A stretch of 32,000 nucleotides of DNA from Desulfotalea psychrophila LSv54 (GTDB lineage: Bacteria; Desulfobacterota; Desulfobulbia; Desulfobulbales; Desulfocapsaceae): contig NC_006138.1 of assembly GCF_000025945.1 (NCBI RefSeq), positions 1,950,001 to 1,982,000 on the forward strand, written 5' to 3'. Position numbers and translations under genes: made by a program. Position 1 is the first letter of the stretch. Every line of letters starts with the position of its first letter. The notes under the pieces are model-generated. The model had not been told where the DNA came from, made no database searches, and saw only the letters and a program-made list of their open reading frames with translations. Shown here in pieces: positions 1 through 9,290 of the stretch.

Positions 1-124
1 CGGTTTTCAGGCGAATGGTTGCCCCGATTCGTGCCTCAAGTCGTTCCTGCTGTATGCGAAGGGTCTCTGCAAGACCTCTACCTACCGTGCCAAAACCTAT
101 AATTCCTACACAAATTTCTTTCAT
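1..124 (-). CDS. hom: Homoserine dehydrogenase, N-terminal part (gene continues left of the window)
   Basis: Reverse complement from ATG at 124 reads MKEICVGIIGFGTVGRGLAETLRIQQERLEARIGATIRLKT; GxGxVGxG Rossmann motif typical of homoserine dehydrogenase. Not in the supplied ORF track because it is truncated. Confidence 0.75.
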   Translation of the reverse strand, partial: MKEICVGIIGFGTVGRGLAETLRIQQERLEARIGATIRLKT

Positions 125-566
125 GATAACCAGTTAGTAAAGTTGAGAGGGATAAACCAAGAGCGTATTTAGACGTGTTTTCCCTCAAAAATTAGAATTT
201 GGACGACAAGTGTACACCATTTCTACCAATAGACCAAAAAATATTCGTCTGCAAGGAAAAAGCGGCAGAAAAACGCTGATATTTTTCTAGCACCGCTGTT
301 AAGAATAGGCTATAGTTGCCGATATTGAGAAATTCATAGAGCGTAGACAGCGCAAATATTTAAGAAATTTGCAAGTATACAGCCTAGAGTTATCCTTGCA
401 GTTCTGATCTTACTCTTGTGCGGCACAATAAAGATAAGTCACGGTTTTTTCCGTGGCAGTTGTTTGTACCCAGCTGTTTTTACGAGTTTTTACAACGGTG
501 TTGTCTACCGTTTTTATATTTTTTTATTTATCTAAATATTGAAATTGGCGAGTAAGGAGAAAGGCT

Positions 567-1247
567 ATGGGAAAAAACATTCTGTTTTTTGGACCAAATG
601 GTAGTGGCAAGGGCACCCAGGGTGCTATTGTGCAGAAGAAGTATGACATTCCTCACATCGAGTCCGGTGCAATTTTCAGAGAACATATTGGTGGCGGTAC
701 AGAACTTGGTCTTAAGGCCAAGGAGTATATCGAAAGAGGTGATCTCGTTCCCGATGAGATTACTATTCCCATGATGGTCTCTCGGCTGCAAAAGGATGAC
801 TGCAAGAAGGGTTGGATTCTTGATGGTTTTCCCCGCTCTAAGGTACAGGCAATAACCCTTGCTGAAACCCTGGCGAAAGAGGGCATGGCCCTTGATTATG
901 TCATCGAGATCGTTCTTGATCGTGACATTGCTAAGGAGCGTATCATGGGTCGTCGTCTCTGTGTAAATGATAATAACCATCCAAATCATATTGCCTTTGA
1001 GGCTATCAAGCCCGTGGAGAAAGATGGCAAGCTTGTCTGTCGCGTTTGTGGTGGCGATTTGAAAACCCGTCCCGATGATCAGGACGTCAATGCAATCAAT
1101 AAGCGCCATGGCATTTATTATGATGAAGAGACCGGCACCATGGCGGCGGTAAATTATTTCAAGAACGCCAATGGCCCTAAGGTAATTAGTATTGATGGTT
1201 CTGCCTCCATTGGTGAGGTAACAGAGCTGATCATGAAAGAGCTATAG
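567..1247 (+). CDS. adk: Adenylate kinase (long LID form)
   Basis: 226 aa; P-loop FFGPNGSGKGTQ, WILDGFPRS, GRRLC...CRVCGGDLKTRPDD LID region. Confidence 0.93.
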   Translation: MGKNILFFGPNGSGKGTQGAIVQKKYDIPHIESGAIFREHIGGGTELGLKAKEYIERGDLVPDEITIPMMVSRLQKDDCKKGWILDGFPRSKVQAITLAETLAKEGMALDYVIEIVLDRDIAKERIMGRRLCVNDNNHPNHIAFEAIKPVEKDGKLVCRVCGGDLKTRPDDQDVNAINKRHGIYYDEETGTMAAVNYFKNANGPKVISIDGSASIGEVTELIMKEL

Positions 1248-1299
1248 TCGTACATAAGGCTTTGGTCTCTTAGTGTATTCATTGTGACGTAGTCAAAAA

Positions 1300-1331
1300 G
1301 GGTTGCTCTTTTTAAAAGAGTTACCCTTTTT
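1300..1331 (+). terminator. Rho-independent terminator downstream of adk
   Basis: GGGTTGCTCTTTT / AAAAGAGTTACCC inverted repeat followed by TTTTTG. Confidence 0.65.
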
Positions 1332-1493
1332 GTTGTTCTAGGCTGTAGGAAATGTCCTCTGTTTTCTATATAATTTATATTTTCTAACGATTTTAAATTT
1401 TAACAAATTTGGCATAAATAGCCTTGGCGAATCTGCAAAGATAACATCTTGATATAAGAGTTATTCACTTTTCAGAATACGTCCTCATACATT

Positions 1494-3056
1494 ATGGAAG
1501 AAAAAAGAAAAGATCTAAAACTTGGCAAAGTATATCTTATTGGTGCAGGTCCGGGTGATCCAGGCCTCATTACGGTGCGTGGTAAGCAACTTCTCGAAAA
1601 GGCTGAGGTGGTGGTATATGATTACCTTGCCAATCCTAAGCTTTTAAAGCTTGTGCCAAAATCGTCAGAGCTTATCTATGTGGGAAAAAAGGGCAATATT
1701 CATCATGCCCATAGCCAGGAAGAGATCAATCAAATTCTGGTGGATAAGTCCCATGAGGGTAAGCTCATCGTTCGCCTCAAGGGTGGTGACCCCTTTATTT
1801 TTGGTCGTGGTGGTGAAGAGCTTCAGGAAATTCATAAAGAGGGCATTCCCTTTGAAGTTGTCCCCGGTGTGACCTCTGCCTCGGCAGCAGCCACCTATGC
1901 AGGTATTCCCATTACCCATCGTGATTTCGCTGCCTCCGTAGCCTTTGTGACGGGCCATGAAGATCCGAATAAGAAAGAGTCTAACGTTGACTGGGCAAAG
2001 CTTGCCACAGGCGCGGGCACCATCGTGGTCTATATGGGCATTAAAAATCTGCCCATCATTGTCGACAATTTGCTTAAGCACGGAAGAGACCCCGAAACAC
2101 CCGTTGCCGTTGTCCGTTGGGCATCGACTCCCGAGCAGGAGTCCGTGGTGGGAACCATTGCTACCATTAAGGATGTGGTGGCCGATGCGGGTATTAAGGC
2201 TCCAGCCCTGATCATTATTGGTGGGGTAGTAAGTCTGCGCGATACCATGGACTGGTTTGAAAAACGACCTCTCTTTGGCAAGAAGATCATTGTTACCAGA
2301 ACCCGTGAGCAGGCAAGCGAACTTGTCCAGGAACTGGAAGAACAGGGCGCTAATTGTCTTGAGTGTGCGACTATTAAGATTAGTCCAATCAAGGAACCTA
2401 AGGAGTTGGATAATGCTCTTGAACGTCTTCAGGAGTTCCATTGGATTCTCTTTACCTCCATTAACGGTGTAAAATACTTCTTTGAGAGGCTTTTTTCTAA
2501 AGGAATGGATGCCCGTGACCTGAAGGGGTGTGATATTGCCGTGGTTGGACCCAGTACTGCGGACTATCTGCGTAAATATGGTCTTAATGCCGATCTCTTT
2601 CCACCAGTTTTTACCGGTGAGGGTCTTGCTCAGGCGCTTTTGGATCAGGGTGTTGAGGGACGCAATATTCTTATTCCTCGTGCTCAACAGGCTCGAGAAA
2701 TTGTCCCGGAAAATCTCCGTGGAGCGGGCGCTCAGGTAACCGTCGCCCCCGTTTATGTAACCAAGCCTATCGCTGAGAATAAAAAAGAGATGAGGGCTGA
2801 GCTTGAGAGCGGCACCGTTGATATGGTGACCTTTACCAGCTCATCAACCGTGACCAATTTTATCAAGATGCTCCAGCCGGAAAGCCCAGAAGAGTTGGCG
2901 AGTCTGCTTAAGGGGGTGCGTATTGCCGCCATTGGTCCTATTACGGCAAAAACAGTTACGGACAATGGTCTGCAGGTAGATGTTCAGCCTGAAAATTATA
3001 CCATTGCCGGCATGCTTGATGCCATTGTTGAGTCCTATTCCTCTGAGAAGAAATAG
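1494..3056 (+). CDS. cobA-hemD: Fused uroporphyrinogen-III C-methyltransferase / uroporphyrinogen-III synthase
   Basis: 520 aa; N-terminal SUMT signatures VYLIGAGPGDPGLITVRG, VRLKGGDPFIFGRGGEE, GIPFEVVPGVTSA; C-terminal HemD-like half FGKKIIVTRTREQASELVQ...VTFTSSSTVTNF. Confidence 0.93.
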   Translation: MEEKRKDLKLGKVYLIGAGPGDPGLITVRGKQLLEKAEVVVYDYLANPKLLKLVPKSSELIYVGKKGNIHHAHSQEEINQILVDKSHEGKLIVRLKGGDPFIFGRGGEELQEIHKEGIPFEVVPGVTSASAAATYAGIPITHRDFAASVAFVTGHEDPNKKESNVDWAKLATGAGTIVVYMGIKNLPIIVDNLLKHGRDPETPVAVVRWASTPEQESVVGTIATIKDVVADAGIKAPALIIIGGVVSLRDTMDWFEKRPLFGKKIIVTRTREQASELVQELEEQGANCLECATIKISPIKEPKELDNALERLQEFHWILFTSINGVKYFFERLFSKGMDARDLKGCDIAVVGPSTADYLRKYGLNADLFPPVFTGEGLAQALLDQGVEGRNILIPRAQQAREIVPENLRGAGAQVTVAPVYVTKPIAENKKEMRAELESGTVDMVTFTSSSTVTNFIKMLQPESPEELASLLKGVRIAAIGPITAKTVTDNGLQVDVQPENYTIAGMLDAIVESYSSEKK

Positions 3057-3113
3057 TCGTAGACCACCTTTCTGCCTTGGTGGAGAGGTATCTTTTTAGG
3101 ATTTGCCTGTACA

Positions 3114-3151
3114 TAAAAAAACGCCCTGGAGCTTCTCCGGGGCGTTTTTTT
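3114..3151 (+). terminator. Bidirectional Rho-independent terminator between the convergent cobA-hemD and 3161..3673 genes
   Basis: A-tract, ACGCCCTGGAG-CTT-CTCCGGGGCGT 11-bp stem (one G.T), T-tract. Confidence 0.85.
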
Positions 3152-3160
3152 GTTTAATGA

Positions 3161-3673
3161 TCATGGTTGCCTAGGCGTTGGTCCAGAGTTCTGTTCCCTC
3201 AGCTTCATCTTCATGCTCTTGCCGTTGGCGGTAAGGGGCTCTATGAAGTGGGCGTATTTCGGTGTCTTGTCTCTGGCAATCTGACCGTGGCAAAAATTGA
3301 TTACATCCTGCCCGCCATCTATATGGTGGAGAAAATCCTCTATCTCCTTGGAATAAATATTCTCACCATTTCGAATAAGCATATCCTTTCCCGTTTCCGG
3401 ACAATTGTAGAAGCAGATACCGCAACCAATACAAGCTTTTCCAATATACTCTGCGGGGACGTAGCCCTTGCTGTTCATCTGCGCTGCAAAACGAAGGCAG
3501 TTTTTGGGGTAGGCTTCAATGCACCGTCCACCTCCTTCCCACTCTATGATAAAAGTCATCTTCTCATCGTCAGTAAAGAAAAAATGACAAACCCTGTCAT
3601 GTCCGAATGGCTCTATCGGCCAAAATGGGATTTGTTTACTTTTTAAGATTTTTTTTCTATTATTCCAGGACAA
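3161..3673 (-). CDS. Small protein with one 4Fe-4S motif followed by an acyl-CoA synthetase C-terminal-like tail with an apparent internal deletion
   Basis: 170 aa; CIGCGICFYNCPE (C-x2-C-x2-C-x3-C), then KDMLIRNGENIYSKEIEDFLHH and INFCHGQIARDKTPKYAHFIEPLTANGKSMKMKLRE, both resembling AMP-forming ligase C-terminal motifs. Confidence 0.65.
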   Translation of the reverse strand: MSWNNRKKILKSKQIPFWPIEPFGHDRVCHFFFTDDEKMTFIIEWEGGGRCIEAYPKNCLRFAAQMNSKGYVPAEYIGKACIGCGICFYNCPETGKDMLIRNGENIYSKEIEDFLHHIDGGQDVINFCHGQIARDKTPKYAHFIEPLTANGKSMKMKLREQNSGPTPRQP

Positions 3674-3974
3674 TTAAGAGAGAAGGTGGTTTTGGCAGTC
3701 TGCCCTTGTCAGTTGCTTGTCTGGGCGATATTGCCTTTGCCTTTTATTCTGATAAAGGGCAGAGAAGAGGGCTAATAAAGAGCTACAATAAATTTACAGA
3801 TAGGGTAGTCTTAGCCAAATGATAAGTTCTCCGTCTTTTTAGTCATGGCAGGGCTTTTCTCTGCTATACCACCGAAAATAATGGTAAATATCATTTGCGG
3901 AAGAGTTGTTCATATGGTTAACGGTTTGAAGTAGTTCACGGGTTTTTATGAGTTTATAAGAAAGGAATAACACA

Positions 3975-4445
3975 TTGAAAAAGATAATTCTTTTGGCCCT
4001 GATCGGCCTTTGCCTCACCTCCTGCGATAGTGATGAAGTTGGTGATGTCTCTCTTGGTCTGTTTACCACTAAGGATATTAAGATCAATGTCCTGACCGAC
4101 CCCATCGTCACCGGTGTTACCTGTCATGTGTCAAGTATTGAGGCGAATCTTGACTGGGCAGATCCCTCCGATATGTCTATTTCCTGTAGGCAAACAGGTG
4201 AGATAAGCCCCGGGATGATTGAGCAGATAGATCAATCAAAATCAGGGGAAGTTGTCTTTCGCAAGTCCAAGAGTTTTCTTTTTAAGAATTTGAAAATACG
4301 AAGGATATACGATCCTCAGACCAGAACACTTATCTATCTCTCCTATAGCACCAAGGAGACAACGGGAAGCTATAAACATAGTATTTCAACGGTACCCCTC
4401 TGGGGCACTACAGCATATAGAACTACTGTTTCAAGCCTCAAGTAA
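3975..4445 (+). CDS. CreA-like family protein, predicted lipoprotein
   Basis: 156 aa; lipobox LTSC; VTCHVSS...SISCRQTG...SGEVVFRKSKSFLFKNLKIRRIYD...LIYLSYSTK...SISTVP matches the layout of E. coli CreA as remembered. Confidence 0.75.
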   Translation: MKKIILLALIGLCLTSCDSDEVGDVSLGLFTTKDIKINVLTDPIVTGVTCHVSSIEANLDWADPSDMSISCRQTGEISPGMIEQIDQSKSGEVVFRKSKSFLFKNLKIRRIYDPQTRTLIYLSYSTKETTGSYKHSISTVPLWGTTAYRTTVSSLK

Positions 4446-4669
4446 AGAAATGAATTACCTTTCTTTAAATTAATCTTATGGGAAAATTGAATATTTTCTG
4501 GCTTATGCAGCTTGAAAGTGCGAAGAAACAGCTGAAAGAAGATAAATATAGAGAAGAAGTTCATCCTGCTTGCAAAGAGCAGTGGATTTTCCTATAGTTG
4601 TTTCATTTTTCTTCCTAAAAATTAAGCATAATTTTATATAACAGAGTTTTCCTGCACGAGAGAGCATCC

Positions 4670-5689
4670 ATGAAAAAAGAGAACCCACTTGCAATAGTAA
4701 TTCTTGCCGCCGGCAAGGGAACACGAATGAAGTCCGAGTTGGCCAAGGTGCTTCACCCCGTTTTTGGCAGACCGATGATCCAACATGTACTGGCCAGTAC
4801 AGCAGGCCTGCCCAGCGATAAACGCATCATTATTATTGGTCACCAGCGACATGCCGTGCGGGAGGCCCTTGCCGACGACGCCTGCACCTTTGTCGTGCAG
4901 GAAGAGCAGCTTGGCACTGCCCATGCCGTGCTTACTGCCAAGGAGGCAATCGCGGATGACTGTGAAGATGTTATGATTCTCTGCGGCGATACCCCTCTCA
5001 TTTCAGGACAGAGCTTGGAGGAGATGTATGATCGTCATCGAACCAACTCTGCCACTGTCACTCTGATGACCACCCAGTTAGGAGATCCGACCAATTACGG
5101 CAGAATAATCAGTGATAATGCGGGAAATCTTCTTCGTATCGTTGAGGAAAAGGATGCGGATCCTGCCGAGAAGAGGATAAAGGAGATTAACGCCGGCATC
5201 TACTGCGTCAGGCGAGATTTTCTCTATCGGGCCCTGCAGAAAGTAGAGAACAACAATAGTCAAGGAGAATTGTATCTTACAGATATCATTGATCTTGCTG
5301 TTAAGTCTGAGCAAAAGGTGCAAAGGTATCTGGCCCCTGAGCCAAAGGATGTGCTGGGAGTAAATTCACGTATTGAACTTGCCATGGCAGATGAGGAACT
5401 CCGTATGCGTCGTAACAGGGAGGTCATGCTGACAGGGGTGAGCATGATCCTGCCCGCTACCATCATGATCTCCTCTCAATCAGAAATTGGTTTTGATAGT
5501 CTTGTCGGTGCCGGAGTAGAACTTCGCGGTCATTGCCAGATTGGCAGTAACTGTAAAATTGATACCGGAGCCATTCTTACCAACTGCAAGATGGAGAGTG
5601 GCAGCCATGTCGGTGCCTACTCTGTCTTAACAGGTTGTACTGTCGCAGCCGATGAGAAAATTCCCGCCCAGCAGCGGGAGGAGGAGTAA
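4670..5689 (+). CDS. glmU: GlmU-like N-acetylglucosamine-1-phosphate uridylyltransferase, short form
   Basis: 339 aa; AIVILAAGKGTRMKSELAKVLHPVFGRPMIQHV nucleotidyltransferase signature; ends after a short left-handed beta-helix stretch. Confidence 0.85.
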   Translation: MKKENPLAIVILAAGKGTRMKSELAKVLHPVFGRPMIQHVLASTAGLPSDKRIIIIGHQRHAVREALADDACTFVVQEEQLGTAHAVLTAKEAIADDCEDVMILCGDTPLISGQSLEEMYDRHRTNSATVTLMTTQLGDPTNYGRIISDNAGNLLRIVEEKDADPAEKRIKEINAGIYCVRRDFLYRALQKVENNNSQGELYLTDIIDLAVKSEQKVQRYLAPEPKDVLGVNSRIELAMADEELRMRRNREVMLTGVSMILPATIMISSQSEIGFDSLVGAGVELRGHCQIGSNCKIDTGAILTNCKMESGSHVGAYSVLTGCTVAADEKIPAQQREEE

Positions 5690-5692
5690 AGA

Positions 5693-5893
5693 GTGTATAT
5701 TCAGCTCAATGGCAAAAAAACGGAGTACTCGGAGACTACATCTATTTCCGATATTCTCAGCGATTTCAAACTGATGTCAGAAAGCGTTGTTATAGAGTAC
5801 AACAGGATCCTACTCAGCGAAACAGATAGCATAAATGCCCCTCTGGTAGATGGGGATTCACTTGAAATTGTTAGATTTGTAGGAGGTGGCTGA
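5693..5893 (+). CDS. thiS: Sulfur carrier protein ThiS
   Basis: 66 aa, GTG start; C-terminus [10 protein letters not shown] with the Gly-Gly tail; directly upstream of thiG. Confidence 0.88.
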
Positions 5894-5894
5894 T

Positions 5895-6677
5895 ATGCTC
5901 ACCATAGCTGGCAAAACATTTTCTTCACGACTCTTTATTGGCACAGGCAAATTTGCCTCGCCGGAAATCATGCGGGATGTACTTCAGGCCTGCAAAAGTC
6001 AGATGGTAACCGTGGCCCTCAGGCGGGTAAATCTGGCCGATCCTGAAGATGATATCATGTCACAGATTGACACTGGAGAGACCAACTTTTTGCCCAATAC
6101 CTCCGGGGCCAGAAATGCTGAAGAGGCCATTCGCCTTGCTGAGTTGGCCCGGGCCGGTTCGGGCACCAATTGGGTTAAAATTGAGGTGGTCCCGGACCCA
6201 CGTACCCTCCTGCCCGATCCCATCGAGACTCTTAAGGCAACGGAAGAGCTGGTAAAACGTGGTTTTATTGTTCTTCCCTATATGAATGTGGATCCCATCC
6301 TTGCCCTGCGTTTGCAGGATGTAGGGGCGGCCGCCGTTATGCCCTTGGCGGCACCCATCGGCACCAATCTTGGCATCACCAATCGTCTGCAGCTGGAGAT
6401 GATTATTGAGCAGGCTCGGGTTCCCGTGGTGATTGATGCTGGTCTCGGTGCCCCATCCCATGCTGCCCTTGCCATGGAGCTGGGTGCCGATGCTGTCTTG
6501 GTCAATACGGCTATTGCCGTGGCTGATAAGCCCGTTGCCATGGCAGAGGCCTTTGCCATGGCTACCATAGCAGGCCGTGCCGCCTACCTTGCCGGACTTG
6601 GCTCACAATGTCCCGTTGCCTCGGCTTCTTCTCCCGTTAGCGGTAATATAACCGTTGACCTAGACTTCCTGGACTGA
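5895..6677 (+). CDS. thiG: Thiazole synthase ThiG
   Basis: [20 protein letters not shown]..., [69 protein letters not shown] 5895 preferred over GTG 5886 because AGGAGGT sits at 5881-5887. Confidence 0.93.
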
Positions 6678-6679
6678 TC

Positions 6680-7786
6680 ATGTTTACACCGCTTAACAAA
6701 ACAGAGACAGATGCCCATATAGAAGGTGTGAGCGCCGCTGATGTAGAACGTATTTTGCGGGCCGGCAAATGTTCTGCCGAGGAGATAGGTATACTCCTTT
6801 CACCAGTGGCAGAAGCATTTCTTCCACAGATGGCGGAACTTGCCCGTAAGTTGACCCTGCGTAGATTTGGCAAGACAATGCAGGTCTATGCCCCCGTTTA
6901 TCTTTCCAATTACTGTTCCAATAACTGTGTCTACTGTGGATTTGCGGCAAAAAACAAAATTGTTCGTAAATGTCTGTCAGAAGAGGAGATAGCAAGGGAG
7001 ACAGAGATCCTCTATAATCGGGGTTTTCGGCAAATTCTCCTTGTTACCGGTGAAGCCAATAAAAAAATGGGTGTTCATGAATTGGCAAAGGTGGCGACAG
7101 ATCTTAAGGAGAGGTTCTCCTCTATCTCCATAGAGGTCCAGCCCTTTGACACCGATGACTATAAGACACTCTTTGCAGCCGGTGTTACGGGCGTTGCCGT
7201 TTATCAGGAGACCTACCAGCGAGATCTCTATGCAGAGCTTCATCTCTCGGGTAAAAAGACGGATTATGACTATCGTCTTGCCACTCCTGCCCGGGCCTGT
7301 GCGGCCGGGATGCGTGAGGTGGGTATTGGCGCCCTCTTGGGTCTTGGCGATTGGAGATTTGAGGGTATCAACCTTGCCTATCATCTTCAATGGCTACGCA
7401 GGCATTATTGGCAGACTGCCTTTACTGTTTCCTTTCCGAGGATGCGTCCTGCCAGTGGCGGCTTTGAACCTGCCCATCCCATGTCTGCAAGAGAGTTGAG
7501 CCAATTGATATTTGCTCTCAGAATCCTTGATCCTGATGTGGGTCTCCTTGTCTCTACCCGGGAAGAGGTGGCCTTTCGTGATGGTATGGTAGGCTTTGCC
7601 CCCACCCGCTATTCGGCTGGTTCAAGCACTACTCCAGGTGGATACGGTGACCCCGATGTTGCAGGAGAGCAGTGGGATATGGGCGATAATCGCTCTGTGG
7701 AAGAGGTGATTGAGATGCTTCTTAAGAAAGGTTTTGACCCCGTATATAAGGATTGGGATTCAAGCTTTCAATCCTTTGCTTGTTAG
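6680..7786 (+). CDS. thiH: 2-iminoacetate synthase ThiH (radical SAM)
   Basis: 368 aa; YCSNNCVYCGFAAKNKI radical SAM Cx3Cx2C motif; follows thiG. Confidence 0.92.
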   Translation: MFTPLNKTETDAHIEGVSAADVERILRAGKCSAEEIGILLSPVAEAFLPQMAELARKLTLRRFGKTMQVYAPVYLSNYCSNNCVYCGFAAKNKIVRKCLSEEEIARETEILYNRGFRQILLVTGEANKKMGVHELAKVATDLKERFSSISIEVQPFDTDDYKTLFAAGVTGVAVYQETYQRDLYAELHLSGKKTDYDYRLATPARACAAGMREVGIGALLGLGDWRFEGINLAYHLQWLRRHYWQTAFTVSFPRMRPASGGFEPAHPMSARELSQLIFALRILDPDVGLLVSTREEVAFRDGMVGFAPTRYSAGSSTTPGGYGDPDVAGEQWDMGDNRSVEEVIEMLLKKGFDPVYKDWDSSFQSFAC

Positions 7787-7861
7787 TAGTAGCCAACCAT
7801 TAGACCAATAACTCAGGCGGGGGCAGTTTTTTCATGTTTCCGCCCAATAGGAATGAGAGCA

Positions 7862-9151
7862 ATGAGTGATATAAAGAAGATGTATTCCACAATCCTCGGT
7901 GATAATTTTCCCATGGATATGACCATTAGCTTTGGCGAGCAGAAACTGGTTTACCGTAAAAAGACCTGGGCCATTCCGGGAGCAGACGGTAATCTCGAAG
8001 AACGTGGCGTGCGCTATGGTGAGAATCCCGATCAAGAGGCGGCCCTCTATGAACTCGCAAGCGGTAATCTGCAGCTGGGTGATTGTCAGTTTATCGAGGC
8101 GGGTAATGGTCTTGTCTCCTCCATCAAGGTTGAAGACATGCTCCAGGTGGGAAAGCATCCCGGTAAAATCAACCTGACCGATATTGATAATGGCCTTAAT
8201 ATCATTAAGTACCTGATGAAGAAGCCAGCCGCTGTTATCCTTAAGCACAACAATCCCTGTGGTGCCGCCTGGGATACCAGTCTGGCCATCGCCTTTAATC
8301 GAGCCCTGCGTTGCGACCGCATTGCCGCCTTTGGCGGTGCCGTTATCATGAACCGACCCTGTGATCTTGAAACGGCAGCGCTTCTTGCAGAAAACTATTT
8401 AGAAGTGGTTTGCGCCCCTGATTTTGAGGAGGGAACCCTTGAAATTCTTGCCCGTCGTAAGAACCTGCGTATCATTAAAATTGCAGGGATCGACAGACTT
8501 GCCGATTACGAAAAATTCCGTTTCATTGATTTCAAGAGCCTCATTGACGGTGGTATTATTGTCCAACAATCACCGGTAAATTCTATTCGGAGTGGGGATG
8601 ATCTCCTGCCTGCTACCACCACCCGTAAGGGCGAGGATTTCGCCTGTGAACGTCAGCCAACGGAACAGGAAGTTGAAGATATGATCTTTGGTTGGGCGGT
8701 AGAACATGGAGTTACCTCCAACTCTGTGCTCTATGTGAAGGATGGCTGTACCGTAGGTATCGGTACCGGTGAGCAGGATCGGGTCGGGGTGGCAGAAATT
8801 GCCGTGCATAAGGCCTATATCAAATATGCCGACCAACTCTCCTTTGATAGATTTGGTATACCATTTTCCAGTCTTGAACTTGAAATTGCCGCCGGTAAGC
8901 AGGATGCAGCTGTTCGGGATGAGATTTTGGCCAAGGCCAAGACGGATCGGGCTGGTCTGCCCGGTTGCGTGATGATCTCCGATGCCTTCTTCCCCTTCAG
9001 GGATGGTGCTGATATTGGTATTGAGCAGGGTATTACGGCGATTTTGCAGGCGGGTGGTTCCATGCGTGACGATGAGACCATTAAGGCCTGTAACGAGGCA
9101 GAGCCACAGGTGGCGATGATGTATACCGGTCAGCGTTCCTTCAAGCACTAA
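7862..9151 (+). CDS. purH: PurH-like AICAR formyltransferase, without an N-terminal IMP cyclohydrolase (MGS-like) domain
   Basis: RYGENPDQEAALY, LKHNNPCGAAW, RCDRIAAFGG, DAFFPFRDGADIGIEQGITAILQAGGSMRDDE. Start may be 7853 or 7862. Confidence 0.85.
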   Translation: MSDIKKMYSTILGDNFPMDMTISFGEQKLVYRKKTWAIPGADGNLEERGVRYGENPDQEAALYELASGNLQLGDCQFIEAGNGLVSSIKVEDMLQVGKHPGKINLTDIDNGLNIIKYLMKKPAAVILKHNNPCGAAWDTSLAIAFNRALRCDRIAAFGGAVIMNRPCDLETAALLAENYLEVVCAPDFEEGTLEILARRKNLRIIKIAGIDRLADYEKFRFIDFKSLIDGGIIVQQSPVNSIRSGDDLLPATTTRKGEDFACERQPTEQEVEDMIFGWAVEHGVTSNSVLYVKDGCTVGIGTGEQDRVGVAEIAVHKAYIKYADQLSFDRFGIPFSSLELEIAAGKQDAAVRDEILAKAKTDRAGLPGCVMISDAFFPFRDGADIGIEQGITAILQAGGSMRDDETIKACNEAEPQVAMMYTGQRSFKH

Positions 9152-9157
9152 AAGAAC

Positions 9158-9204
9158 TTCCCCTCTCTCTTTTCTCCTCCCCTTTTTCTCTTCTCCTCCC
9201 CTTT
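9158..9204 (+). repeat. Uninterrupted homopyrimidine tract
   Basis: 47 nt of only C/T immediately after the purH-like stop, with a repeated TCTCCTCCCCTTT unit. Confidence 0.9.
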
Positions 9205-9290
9205 ATTTTGAAGGGGGAGGCCTGGGAGGGGGTCTTGAGGGGGGAATCAAAGGCCTCTGCCTTTATGGGTACAGCGGAAAAGAAACTGCA

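Noticed and set aside
440-455. CACGG-TTTTTT-CCGTG hairpin upstream of adk
   Set aside because: Five-bp stem, compatible with chance in a 440-nt AT-rich intergenic region.
1665-2687. 340-aa minus-strand ORF inside cobA-hemD
   Set aside because: Fully antisense to a well-supported fused enzyme, no recognisable domain; shadow ORF.
7816-7844. GGCGG...CCGCC hairpin between thiH and purH as a terminator
   Set aside because: Stem mostly short or G.U paired, T run lies in the loop and none follows; not supported as a terminator.
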